This document shows positions 39,730 through 52,369 of a stretch of 64,000 bases of DNA, piece after piece; within the stretch, counting starts at the first letter, position 1, and every line of letters starts with the position of its first letter. The DNA comes from Octopus sinensis (Eukaryota). Under the pieces are notes generated by a model. The model had not been told where the DNA came from. It searched no databases and saw only the letters and a list, made by a program, of their open reading frames with translations. The stretch is taken from NCBI RefSeq assembly GCF_006345805.1, contig NC_043009.1, positions 55,242,001 to 55,306,000 on the forward strand, written 5' to 3'. The position numbers were made by a program, and so were the translations under genes.

Positions 39730-40922
39730 GCATGGACAGACAGACAGAATTTCACATGTCTTATTATAGATATGGATTCATAACATATCTGTGGAATTAA
39801 AATATCTGGTTGCTCTTAAGCTTTCAGCTGATTACTTCCTAAACAAACAAGGAAACATTTATGCAGTCATCAACTCAATTTTTCTTTTTTTTTTTAAAAA
39901 GCAACCAATTTTCTCTCAAATCACACTCAATAATCTTCCAAAAAGAGGAAGGAAACACCAGAATAATGTAACCCTAGGTAGATTTTAAGACTGTAAAATA
40001 GAAAAATAAATAAATGGTATTGTGATGATTACAGCAAGAAATGCTCTTAGTCGGAGGTCTGCTAGATCAGGGCTCACAATCATGTTATAGACTGGTTCAG
40101 GTAGAACTGACCAAAATTAATGAACATTAAAAACAATATTGATGATGATGATGATGATGATGTTGCCGTCGACGATGATGATGATATAGATAAGAGTAAT
40201 AATGATTCAGTTACCGATAACTGATTTATGGATCTGAGGTGAGAATGAGGAGTAGACAGGTGTTGAAGTAACACTTAGTTTATTTGAAGTTAGTAAGCCT
40301 GACTTATAAGGCAACAAACAGATGATCAAGCATGCGGAATCTTTCAACAATTGTGGTAGATACAAATCCACTTTTTTGCCATGGAAACAGCACAAGTGAG
40401 ATCACCAAACAGTTCAGAGAAAAAAAAAAAAACCTTTGATTGAGAGTGATGTAGAACTGAGAACAGTGACTTATGCTAGGTGTTGAGAGGCATGACTATG
40501 ATATAGGGATAGGAATAGGTGTGTCGTTGCAGAGGAGGTACATGACTACACCAGCAGGAAAAGGAGAGAAGAAAATGATGGCGATGGGTGTCAGAATGTA
40601 CCCTCAAGGTGCAAGAGGGTGAATGTGAGGGGGATAGGGTCAAGTCAGAGGAACAGGTGAGGAGAGTAGGGGCAGAAAATCAGGTAAGTTCACAAGAGCA
40701 TCAGGTGAGCAACAGATGGTTAGAGGCAGGGAATATTAGGATATAGATGATGCAGTGAACAACAGACAAAGGAGAGGGGATGGTCAATGATGAATATCAG
40801 TTTAAGGGAAGGTGAGAGAAATAGGAGGGGATGATAAATGGTATACAGAAAAGGGAGGAGGGCAGAGAGCAGCATTGTAATAAAATCCATATAGATGAGA
40901 AATAGGGAGATGGTGTGATATA

Positions 40923-41072
40923 TGAGAGGGATGCTTAAAAGTTCCTGATGTGGAGTAAAAGAAAATACAGGAGGATCAGTTAATTATGATTTTATTTGAT
41001 GTATTCTCCTCTCAAGATTCACACACTTATTTATTGCAGCAGTACCCCAGGAACTTTTCAGCAACCCCCTCA
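40923..41072. mobile_element. mariner-derived MITE (150 bp)
   Basis: TA on both sides; imperfect TIRs TGAGAGGGATGCTTAAAAGTTCCTG / CAGGAACTTTTCAGCAACCCCCTCA. The body matches the reverse complement of 1300-1426. Confidence 0.8.
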
Positions 41073-43225
41073 TATATAAGAAGTCTGCCACATGGTTCTG
41101 GGTTCAGTTCCATGGTGTAAGTTTCAGGCCAACCAAAGACTTGTGAGTGGATTTGGTAGATGGAAACTGAAAGAAGCCCATCATATGTGAACATATGCAT
41201 GTATTCATGTGATTGAGTGTGTATGTGTCTCCTTCTCTTGACATCACATGTAGTTGTAAATGATTATCACTGTCATACAAGCAGTGTCGTTCATTTCCAA
41301 TATACTATGAGAGCATGGGAAAATATCACCTTGCTTTGAAAAAGGTAAAGGTTGATGACAGTAGAACCATCCAGCTGTAAAAAATCTGCTTCAATAGACT
41401 CCATCCTACCAATACAAGCATGAAAAAGTGGATATTGAAATGAAATGAAATGATTATTTATATTAGTAAAAATTTCTTTCCTTCTCCCAATTTTTTATTA
41501 ATGAGAAACACAAAATATGTGTTGCATACATATAATTATATTTTTTCACCAAACTGCTGGACTAGTTTAAAAAGTTATAAAACTGTCTATATCTTATTGA
41601 TTCTTAACATCCTGTTGAAAATCTTCTAGGTTAAAGCCCAGTCCTGCAATAATTCTGTAATAAAACAGAAATGAATGATACACACACACACAAAAAAAAT
41701 TAGCATCTTCTCACCTACATTAGAGAGTTCCTTACTGCTTTTCAAATGAAGGTAAACAAGGTTTGTATGATTTTTGTGACATTGAAAGTTTCATAACTGG
41801 ACCAATGCAGTCTTGTGGGATACTGTGCTGCATCAGAAGTTTAAAGTTAAACACAGCAATTTGTCTGACCCCTAGATGTGTCCTCATCTATGAGAGTACA
41901 AGTATTTAAATTGCTTTTGTTTAGCACCAAGTTACAATGGTTGAGTGACCCAAGGCATACCAACCATGATGGTGCTGGAATAATGTATCCAAGCCAATGT
42001 GACCATCACTTATTACATTATCCAATGTAACCTTCTCTAAAGATGACAGGGTGTGATTTGAGGAAGATTGGGTTGTTATTTCTTGAAAGTTCAATGGCCA
42101 TGTATAAACTCCTGAGTTCAATCTAATTAGTTATACATATATACATACGATATAAAGATTGACCTCATTAAAAGATCATAAAAGACCAATACTAAGATAA
42201 ACGATGTTACCTTTTGTGACACAATAGGTGCCAGTCACCAATAAATAAACACATTTTTTTCTATATAGTTCAGCATTGACCGAATTTGTTGTTGACATAA
42301 TGTCAACAAAGAATTTTGCTAATTTTGTTCAGGGACTGGCTCTTTTGTTTTATTGAATGTCAGTTTTGATAAAAGCTGGCTCTTTTCATATCGAATATTA
42401 ATTAGTTGAGGACTGGCTCTTGTTGAAAGGAAATCACAGTCAAATAAGAAACTTTTGAACCATAATTATTTAGGAGCAACACGTTGAGCCTTTTCAGTTC
42501 AAAAACTTTGTAAGAGAAGAATACCACCACTGTTTCGTTTGTATGAGAAGTATTTTAGCCATCAATTCACAGCACACATCGCATGAAGACTCTACATAAT
42601 CCTCATTCTACTGGGAATAGCAATCAAATATCTCTCAGGTCGTACACCCTACAGTATTAGAAGAAGATCAAGGACACATTAGATAACACTATTCTTTTGT
42701 TTTTTTATTTTTAACTCATTTCAGTCATTGGACTGTGGCCATGCTGGGGCACTGCCTTGAAGAATTTTAGTTCAATCAAATCAACCTCAGTACCTAATTT
42801 TGGGGTCTTTTTTAAGCCAAATCGCTAAATTACAAGGATGAGAACAAACAAACATAAAGCAACACTCAAACACATAAATGATGGGCTTCCATACAGTTTC
42901 CACCAAGTAAATTCCTCAGAAGGCATCAGTCGAACTGAGGTGCTGCACCAGGGGACTGAACATGAAACCATGTGGTTGCAATGCAAACTGCTAAACTACA
43001 TAGTCATACATGCACCTATGGCTGTAAAACAAAAAGAAACAATGGAATGGTCATAGCAATATTTGTGATTGTAAATCTGTTCAATCAGACTTGATTGATG
43101 CTACACAACAACGCACACAAGGGAACCACTTCATGGTCAACTTGATTTTCTAGAACTAGCAACCGAATTTTATGGCAGATCATACTTTACTGTCTTAAGA
43201 ACAGAAGATGGTCATGACTCTAGAG

Positions 43226-43426
43226 CAGTGGTTTTCAACCAGGGTTCCGCCAGTGCAGTCCAGGGGTTCCGCAAGAAGTTACAAAACTGCTAAAATCGGC
43301 AGTAATTTATAATTCTCCTGTGCAGATATGTGTGCATAAGACTATTAAATTATTGCACAGGGGTTCCTCAAGCCAGGGGAATGTTTCTTTGGGGTTCCGC
43401 TCCAGCGAAAAGGTTGAAAAGCACTG
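43226..43426. mobile_element. hAT-family MITE (201 bp)
   Basis: 15-bp TIRs CAGTG(G/C)TTTTCAACC (14/15 match) and a perfect 8-bp TSD CTCTAGAG at 43218-43225 and 43427-43434. Confidence 0.95.
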
Positions 43427-44574
43427 CTCTAGAGTCATCAATGATGTGTCTGCATACTTGGTCACACTACTAGATTTAACAGCTAAGTCTCTTTCAAAGA
43501 TGCAATATCCTAGAATTTCGGAATGTCTCAGAAGATACTGGTAATATAGTCCCCAGATACAGTGTCTGGAAGAAGGAAAGAAATGATGATAGCTCAAATA
43601 TATCTGACAATATTGTCTTTTCAGTCAGGACTGATACGGGTTTAAAGAACTCAATAAGCTGAGTTTTAAATTCCACTTTTCCATATTCGCATGGGTTGGT
43701 CTGAATTTGTTGAGGTACATTTTTCTACAGCCAGATACCACACCTGTGCCCAGCCCTCGTGATTCTAAGAAAGGTGATATTTCCCCCATGACCATGTTTC
43801 TGTGTAAGGCTGGAAATGAGGACGACACTCGTTTACAACAAAAGACAGTGAAACACACATTTACGACGGGCTTCGTTCAGTTTCCACCTGCCAAATCTAC
43901 TCACATAATGTATTTTATATATATATATATGTCATTCTGATCAACATTTAATTAGTTAATTAGATGGATGAACAAACAAAAGGTGCTTGAAATTTTATTT
44001 ATAAACAGAAATCACTTTGGAGTAAATAGAATGACGCACAAAAAATAATTCTATTTTATCTCTCTCTCTCTCACACACACACAAACACAGTTACTCACTC
44101 ACACACTTTCAATCACAAACACAATCACAGAGATGCCTCACATTCAATGATGTGATTGACGTCTGACCACGTGAGAAAATACTTCGTCGTATTATAAAAG
44201 CAAATCCAGCGAAAGATTCCATAAAAGAATTAATGAAGTTGGATCAAATGAATTTGCTATCGGTGTTGTTTTACTAGTTTTGTTTCAACCACGTCATTTC
44301 TACATTACGTAGGACGGCTTTACATTATTACAAAGCGGCTATTTTTATTCTTTCATTATTTCAGCGGTTTCCGCTAATGGCCTGCGGCCACGCTGGGGCA
44401 CCGCCTTCAACGGTTTTAGCCGACCTTTACCTCGATGCCCATTCTTATCCGATATTTATTTTACTGATCAGATGTGATGAACCGCTTAGTTACGGAATAT
44501 AAAGAGGCACACGATCAATAACATAATGATTTTCTTTGTGCCGGTCTAAATATAAACACAAATTACTATATGTA

Positions 44575-44679
<105 letters not shown>

Positions 44680-44696
44680 ATGTATGTGTGTGTGTG

Positions 44697-44887
44697 TGAG
44701 CTGGCAGAAACGTTTGCACGCCGGGCGAAATGCGTAGCTGTATTTCGTCTGCCGGTACGTTCCGAGTTCAAATTCCGCCGAGGTCAACTTTGCCTTTCAT
44801 CCTTTCGGATCGATAAATTAAGTAATCCGTTTGTCTGTCCTTGTTTGTCCCCTCTGTGTGTAGCCCCTTGTGGGTAGTAAAGAAATA
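44697..44887 (+). mobile_element. SINE family A with internal deletion
   Basis: Head GAGCTGGCAGAAACG...GAGTTCAAATTCC; the core jumps from AAGTA to ATCCGTTTG. Sits between (TG)n and (TA)n tracts. Confidence 0.85.
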
Positions 44888-44982
44888 TATATATATATAT
44901 ATATATACGCGCGCGCACACATATATTTACACACCTACGTATGTAGGCTTACCTTAAGATCGCCCATATGTATATACGCATA

Positions 44983-45018
<36 letters not shown>

Positions 45019-45653
45019 CAAGTGTACATATATATTAATACACACACAGGGAGTTATTTACGGTGTACCCGTAACATAACGGTTCGACAAATAGTATCGG
45101 TAAAATACAAACTGGAGTTAATAATTGTTTAGGGTGGTGCTCCAGCATGGTGGCATTTCATGACTGAAGCTAATAAAAGAATAAAAAAGTAAAGATCCCA
45201 TGGGTCTGTATAAACACTAAATCGTTTGTTTGTTGTTGTTTTTTACCCCTCACCCGCCTACTTTTTCTTTGTCGTCTTCTAAATAAATTTATTTGTCATG
45301 AACAACTATTTTAAAGGAAATGAACATTTTAAAATGAATTTCCTTGTAAAAGCTACACTAGGATATATTATTTTATGTAGGCTCTAGGGACGGATGAATA
45401 GAGTATTTATAAAAATAAATACTATAATAGGATACATACAAACATATACACGTACGTATGTATGTACAAACATACATACATATGCACACATGCATGTTCG
45501 TATGTATGTACATACATACAATGTGAGGCTTAAACTTGTAGAATAATACAAAAAAAAAACACACATTCTACTCATGAATAAAGTACAGTTTTCCTCGCCT
45601 TTTAAAGTACAAACGTATACACATATAGGTAAGCATGTGTAAGCGCAACATAC

Positions 45654-45655
<2 letters not shown>

Positions 45656-45715
<60 letters not shown>

Positions 45716-45782
45716 GAGAGAGAGATACATACATACATATACATATATATATACATATACAAATATATATATATACATACAC

Positions 45783-45813
<31 letters not shown>

Positions 45814-45886
45814 CATAAATACATACATAATACATACATACATATATACATACATATATACATACATACATATATATATATATATA

Positions 45887-45967
<81 letters not shown>
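45656..45967. repeat. Compound (TA)n/(TACA)n/(GA)n microsatellite
   Basis: Directly visible repeat tracts. Confidence 0.95.
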
Positions 45968-45968
<1 letters not shown>

Positions 45969-47117
45969 GCTTACATATACAAACATATATATCTTCAAAA
46001 ATAACCGGAATCTGATACACACACACGTGAAAGAAGCCGGAATCTGGAAACGAAGCGCATGTTGCAGACATACATTCTTCTACATCCACAACTTATCTGA
46101 TTACGTATTGATATTTTCAGCAAAATGCCTGTTTTGCCCCCTATTATTACCAACAGTAATAGATACTACGTTTGCGTGTGTGAAATGTTTTAAAAGTTAT
46201 CATCTTATATATCATTGCTCTCCTTCACACAAACTCTGATTGCCTATCTATCTATCTATCTATCTTCTCAATAAAGAAAGTTATCTATCTATCTAATCTA
46301 TCTATCTATCTATAACACTGTATGCAAACGGGTAGCGCCAATTAAAAGAACATGTGAGGGTGGAAAGGACACCTACCTTCCCACCCACTACTTCCATTCA
46401 TTAAAATCATTGACGATAAAGAAATTACTATTGGAGTTCGATATGACGTAATTTCGGAACAAGTCGATGAATAGTAGGGGGTGGGTGTGTTTAAGGATAC
46501 AGTTATTAGTGGATCTTTTGGTTTTACTATGTTAACATTTTTTTAAAGAAGCAAAACAACTGTTATCTATCCCTTACACGCAAACTATAGATCAGTAAAA
46601 AGGAAAAAAATCGATATTCATTGCTTACACACACACACAGATAGATAGATAGAGATAGATAGATAAGATAGACAGACAGACTTTCGATTGTTTATGTATA
46701 TTACAAGAAGTTGGAAAGTATTATCCATAAGCTTAATTTCTTCAATGGTATGGTACCCGACAAGCGTGATAAGAATTTATTGTAGTAGATATAGTTTCTG
46801 CTAGTGTTATTACAAAGTGGAGTTTGGGCTTTTTATTGTCCTGAAAAGTATGAGAAGAGATGAAGGTCGAAAAATAAGAGTAGCAGTCATATACTGGGGA
46901 GTTATTTCCAAACCTTTCCTTACTTCTTACAAATCTGTGGGAGCGATTCCATTGTAAGAACACATTATCAATAACATAATTTATAAAACACGTTAGCAGG
47001 GCTTTGACGATATATATATATTCTAACACACAAACACAAAGATGATAAGGATAAATTATTTGCAGAAGGAAGCCACAATAATATATGTAAGACATGCATG
47101 CAAGTAAGGTCAATTAC

Positions 47118-48623
47118 CTCGTTTTCCCTCTCAATCCGACGTTGTTCACGCTGTCTGTTGATAGCAGAATGGGCTACTTTCGTTTTTATAGGCAGTTTCT
47201 TGGCATTCTTATAGCTTTTGTTCGAAGATAGCTTTAAGATCTCAGACAGAAGTCTCTCATTTTCTCTCTCGATTTCACGAGTCTGATATGTATTATATGA
47301 CAAATTAGTTCGCTGATTTTTTTTCCGAATAGGGGAGGAATCTCTAGTACCATATTCTTCCTTACCAATCTCTTGAACAGCTCGCATAATCAAATTCATG
47401 TCCATATTGCTGTTGTCCTGATCGGTAGCCGTACAGAGTCCGTTTTGCTCACAGAAAGGCGGAGAAGAAGGTTGACGGCTAGGGTTCGGTGCCGATTTAC
47501 ACCTTCTTACCATTGTAGGGCTACTGTCACCAGAAGCCAGGGGAGACACATCTGTCATTTCTGATGCCGACGAACAATCACTTTCAAAAGTGTTGCAGTT
47601 CAAATCACTTCGATTCGAACTCTGCGAGTAACCGTTTCGCTTCGCATGAGTTTTCTGCTGGAGCGAAAACCTCTCGGCCAGCGTGATACCCACGTTCTTA
47701 CGCAGAATCGCCTGCGGTTGGCTGGCCTTTCCATTTCCCAATGTTTTCAAATATTTATCTGTTGGTGTAGAATCCACATTGCACTCATCTTCATCTTCGC
47801 TATTATCTTCTACACTCGCTAAACTATCATCATCATCATCAATATCATCCTCATCATCCTCATCGTCGTCGTCATCATCATCTTCAACAACATCATCGTC
47901 GTCGTCATCGTCACCGTCTATGGAACTCAAATCAGTGTCTATAAGATTTGCAGCATCCGAAGGACCAGATTCGGCCGCCACATCAGAATCGGTGTGTTCG
48001 GAGTTCTTAAAACGAACTGTGTTTCTTTGGTCTTCGGTTTCTATCGCACACTGTTTGTTGGGATTCGATCCGGTGTCACCAGCTGCTTTCGAACCACGGG
48101 GCTGGTTGGCGAACGGTGAAGGCTCTTTACCGTTTTCCTCATCAGAGAAATCTGGGAGATCACTTAGGTTACTATCCGTGTCGTCGGAAATGGAAACATC
48201 AAGGCTAGACTGGGTATCGTTTTCATCTGCTAGTAGCGTACAGTCTTCGATGGTTGGTGTTGTTGTTGTAGTAGTAGTAATAGTAGTAGTAATAGTTGTT
48301 GTTGTAGGTATCCGTTCGTTTTGGTCTTCTCCTATCAAATCCACAGCACCTTTCATTTTATCTACGTCGCTATCGTTCAAACAACCGTTAACATATTGAT
48401 ATGGCTCCCCGCCTGCCGCAGAGGAGCTGCAAAAGCTATCATAACAAACTTTTTCTTGCGAGCAAGTGTGAAAATGTCGATGTCTGCCAGGAGGCGGCTT
48501 GCTGTATACTTTGTTGAAAACGGTGTTCATAGATTCCTGGTCGTTGGATTCGTAAAAATCAAAGTCGACCGAATCGTTGAGGTCCTCGTCGTCCATGGAC
48601 CCTGCCTTGGTAACGTTATTCAT
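47118..48623 (-). CDS. CFAP97: CFAP97/KIAA1430 (hemingway) family protein, first coding exon (502 codons)
   Basis: Long ORF with an acidic low-complexity N-half and recognisable family motifs: VDFDFYES near the N-terminus, MTDVSPLASGDSSP, MDMNLIMRAVQEI, NLSYNTYQTREIERENERLLSEIL and HSAINRQREQRRIERENE. An in-frame TGA lies 21 nt upstream of the ATG. Donor GAG|GTAATT (minus strand) follows 47118, phase 0. Confidence 0.9.
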
Positions 48624-48645
48624 GTCTGTAAATCCAACTGATCAT
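48616..48645 (-). other. Out-of-frame upstream ORF (MISWIYRHE*) overlapping the first ATG
   Basis: ATG ATC AGT TGG ATT TAC AGA CAT GAA TAA on the minus strand, spanning the main ATG at 48623. It exists only if the transcript starts upstream of 48645. Confidence 0.5.
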
Positions 48646-48718
48646 GTTTCTTCTTCTTCTTTCTGTATTTTTTCGACAATGAAGGTTGATATCTCCGACC
48701 AACCCCTTGTTGTTTTGT

Positions 48719-48736
48719 TAGCAACAAGTGACGTCA
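48719..48736. promoter_or_regulatory. Candidate RFX half-site + CRE composite element
   Basis: TAGCAAC (48719-48725), a 3-nt spacer, then the perfect palindrome TGACGTCA (48729-48736), about 100 nt upstream of the ATG. Confidence 0.45.
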
Positions 48737-48960
48737 AGATCGAGGCGAGAACTGACGAGATTCAGCGTGACTTTCGTCATTGCCGTCGCCGACAACATCG
48801 TCATCGACGCCGCCACTCTCTCCTTACTTGGCGTTCCCGGAAGACAACCATTTTGTTTGATCAGTCCCTGTTCTCCCTCTCTCTATCTATCTATCTATCT
48901 ATCTATCTCTGTTTATGTGTGTAGTTCTCTCTCTGTATCTCTTTATGCACTCCCTCTCTC

Positions 48961-49140
48961 TCTCTCTCTATGTCTCTTTCTCTATCCCTCTCGCTGATCC
49001 CCTTTGCCTATGTATCTTTCTCTCTCTCTATGTGTCTTTCTCTATCCCTCTCGCTGATCCCCCTTGCCTATGTATCTTTCTCTCTCTCTATGTCTCTTTC
49101 TCTATCCCTCTCGCTGATCCCCTTTGCTTATGTATCTTTC
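48961..49140. repeat. 60-bp tandem repeat x3 within a CT-rich tract
   Basis: TCTCTCTCTATGT(C/G)TCTTTCTCTATCCCTCTCGCTGATCCCC(T/C)TTGC(C/T)TATGTATCTTTC at 48961, 49021 and 49081. Confidence 0.95.
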
Positions 49141-51972
49141 TCTCTCTCTCTCCGTCTTTGCTAATGCGTCTGTCTCTTTCTTTATCTCTCTTCTCTCTCT
49201 CTCTGTATATCTCTGCGTCGCCCTCTCTCTCTATTTCTCTCGCCCCCCCCCCCTCTACACTTTTTCCCTGTCGACTGCTATAACGGTTTCTGTATCACTC
49301 GCTTTGCTTTAAAACGAACTCTTCCTTATCCATCACCATTCACTGTTCAGTTCCCAGTTTTGAAAAAAAAAAGGAAAATCTAATAGACGACGAACGAGGA
49401 GGAGGAATCATCAAAGGAAGACACACACATACACATACACATTACAAACAGACAAATAGAAGGTAGTGAGGGTGGTGTAATTATTTAGAGAAATCACAGC
49501 ATAGTTTTCTGCTCCATGGAGGAGATCCGTGAAGAAAAATAATAACAGAGTGAATGAAGGCAGAGTCACGCACATGACTCCCAATATATATGCGTCATGG
49601 ATCCATCAAGCTGCAGAATAACTTTGTTTTCCTATCATCACTCGTATTATTATTATTTTTTTTTTTTTTGCTATTTTATTTATTTTGCGACAGAATCGAT
49701 TGTAGTTGCAATGGAATTTCCATCGTTTTTGGTGACTAATACACTATGACAATAGAAATACTGCTTATTAAAGAAATATTGATTTATCACATTGGCACGG
49801 GGTTTGCAAATTTGTAGGGAGATGAATGAATGAATGAATGACTGCTTAAAATCGATTGAAACTGCCCCCCCTACCCCACCCCGCGAATGGGGTGGAAAGA
49901 AGACTAAGTCGACTCTTGCGGTATTTGATCTTAGAACAAAGAGACTGGAACGGAAATGGAACTAAATACCACAAAAACATTAACTACATAAAAAGCGTCC
50001 TTCCCCGACTCTTTCTTGCAGCTGCGCCGATCTTTTTAGCATTGGTATGAAGCCACATATTTTGAATGAAGATATATAGTCGATTCAATTGATTCCAGTT
50101 AACTTGACTGATACTATTTTTATCAATTGCAAAAAGGATGAAAGGCGAAGTTGACGTCGCGGCTACATTTGAACTTAGCGTGTCAAGGTATGCAACTAAA
50201 TACCACGAGGCACTTTTGTCCGTCACGCTACCGGTTCTGCCAATGCACGACCGTATTGATTCCTTTTTTCAGTTAGCACAAGGTCGATTCCGTATTGACT
50301 TAAGTGATTGGAATAGGTTTTTAGAAACGAGGGGTACGTCAAATACAATGAGCCTCATAATAGGGTGAAGATTTGTGGGAACTAAACTCTTTAAAATTTC
50401 TTGTTAAATGAAAAGCAGAGGACACACCCGCCTTCATACTTCACTCTTTAGCATCACTAGTTGACTTAACTATTGTTGGGTCTTATAGTATAGCATTGTA
50501 CTGTCTTAGCATAATTGCTAAGGCTTAATGGATTATTAAATTACCGTATAGCATTATAGTCCACCGCAATATAAGAATGCAAGAACAACCCCAACAGGAG
50601 CCGAAATAATGAAATTAAATGAAACAACACTTTATTTTTCAATGATTTTCTTCTAAATTATCTTTTTTTTTTCAAATTCAGTTTATATCATAAAATAAAA
50701 CTAGAATTTATGAAAAAAATTTTCTACACTATAGATATTTTTTTAATTTCTCATTGGGTTTATGATAATATATATTATTTCATAAAAGTTTATTTGATAT
50801 GTTCTTTTTTTTCTTTGGGAGGATCACTATGCCAATGATAAACATGCATTGGTTCTGTTTCACTTCTTTATTATTTATCAATTGCAGCTTCATTTAATGA
50901 ATTAACTAATCAATTGTTTGAATAACCATTCAGTTAATCAATAAGTCAGGTTTGCCAAAGTCCTTCATCGCTATTTGCAAATTCATCAATGACAAACCCT
51001 CTTTTCTCCAAGTTTATTACTGGGCTGTTTATGTATCTCTTGATTTGTAGGTTCTATATTGTTATATATAAAGTGTTGAGCTCCCAGAATTATTAGTATA
51101 CCCCCCCCCCAAAAAAAAACATGTTTAAAGGCATTTCTTCTGGCTCTTTATGTTCTGAGTTCAAATACTGCAAAAGATGGCTTTGACTTTCATCATTTCA
51201 GGGTCAATAAAATAGATATCAGTTGAGCACAAGGTCAATGTAATTGACTATCTATATCCCTAAAATTGCTGGCCTTGTGCCGAAATTTGAAATCGATACT
51301 TATATTGTTGTATGAATGTGAGAGAGGTAAGGGAGGAAGCAGGAGCAACCACATGACCTCTGAAAGTTCATCCAACAATCCCAACAGTTTCAAACCCAAT
51401 TCAGAGATGAACTATGAAATGGAGACTCAACTGCTCCTGTGCTGCTGTCTAATTCAAATGCAACTAGCTGAAACATATAACTGAGATTTTTAGAGGTGGA
51501 GATGGGATTTGTTTTTTGGATTTCATTTTTCTTGGCATACAAACTACAGAACTTTGGTCTATTGAACATTTGACCAATTGAGATAGAGTAAAAATGTTTA
51601 CAACTGTTGTCTCAGATGCGACATATCTCTTGTTTCATTCATACAAGCTGACCTGTGCCCATCATTGCAATCAAGAATCACCAGCTGTAGATTGCTGAAA
51701 ACTCCAGTTTTTAAAACCATCATGATCATAATCATCATCATTTTAACATCCACTTTTCCTTGCTTCCCTGGGTCAGACAGAGTTTATTGAGGCAGATTTT
51801 CTATGGCTAGTTGTCCTTCCTGTCACCAACTCTTACCTATTTCCAAGCAAGGTAATATTTGCCAATGACCCAACATGTTTCTGCTGAACACTGGAAATGA
51901 ATTATGCTGCTTGTATGATAGTGACTCTCATTTACAACTATTGCATAATGCCAAGAGAAGGAGATACAAAGG

Positions 51973-52369
51973 TGGATGAAGACAGCTGCATAAAAAGGGT
52001 CAATTTCTAATTGTTGAAGGAACCTATGGAAGGGGTAAAACCAGGAAGATGTGGGACAAAATGGTGAGAAAGGATCTTCAGATATTGGGCCTCGCTGAGT
52101 AGATGACAAGGGACAAAGGCTTCTCCCAATTTGCTGTGCCTGAGAAGACATATTAAGCTATGTACGACCATCCATACATACAGGCATATCCTTTATGGTC
52201 ATACACCCCCATTCCCTCTCTCAGTCAAGAGGTTTTTGCCTTGCAAGTTTGCAGGTGTTGGTGCCACCTAAAAACCACCCATTCTGATGTCATGTAAAAA
52301 GCACCCATTTCAGTGCCGTGTAGAAAAGCACCTGTGCTGGTGTCACCTAGAAAAGCACCTTTGCTGGTG
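51973..52369 (+). mobile_element. RTE LINE ORF C-terminus plus first part of the 3'-UTR
   Basis: ..LIVEGTYGRGKTRKMWDKMVRKDLQILGLAE*MTRDK..FAVPEKTY* (TAA at 52154-52156), then AAAAGCACC repeat units. Confidence 0.8.

Noticed and set aside
40520-40915. Strongly purine-skewed stretch containing a perfect CAG|GTAAGT donor on +
   Set aside because: No acceptor, ORF or partner exon was found. A similar purine-rich tract occurs at 27640-27990, so it is likely repeat-derived.
46968-47117. Last 49 aa of the 551-aa ORF taken as the normal C-terminus
   Set aside because: It begins at a GT donor exactly where family similarity stops, and the true continuation is at 10777. Kept only as a possible minor isoform.
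47683-48399. 238-aa Ser-rich + strand ORF
   Set aside because: Antisense shadow of the Asp/Glu-rich CFAP97 exon (GAT/GAC read as TCA/TCG); no independent motif.
48626-48628. TTTACAG just before the ATG as a possible splice acceptor
   Set aside because: The upstream sequence on the minus strand is purine-rich (GAAGAAGAAG...) with no polypyrimidine tract. Not fully excluded without transcript data.
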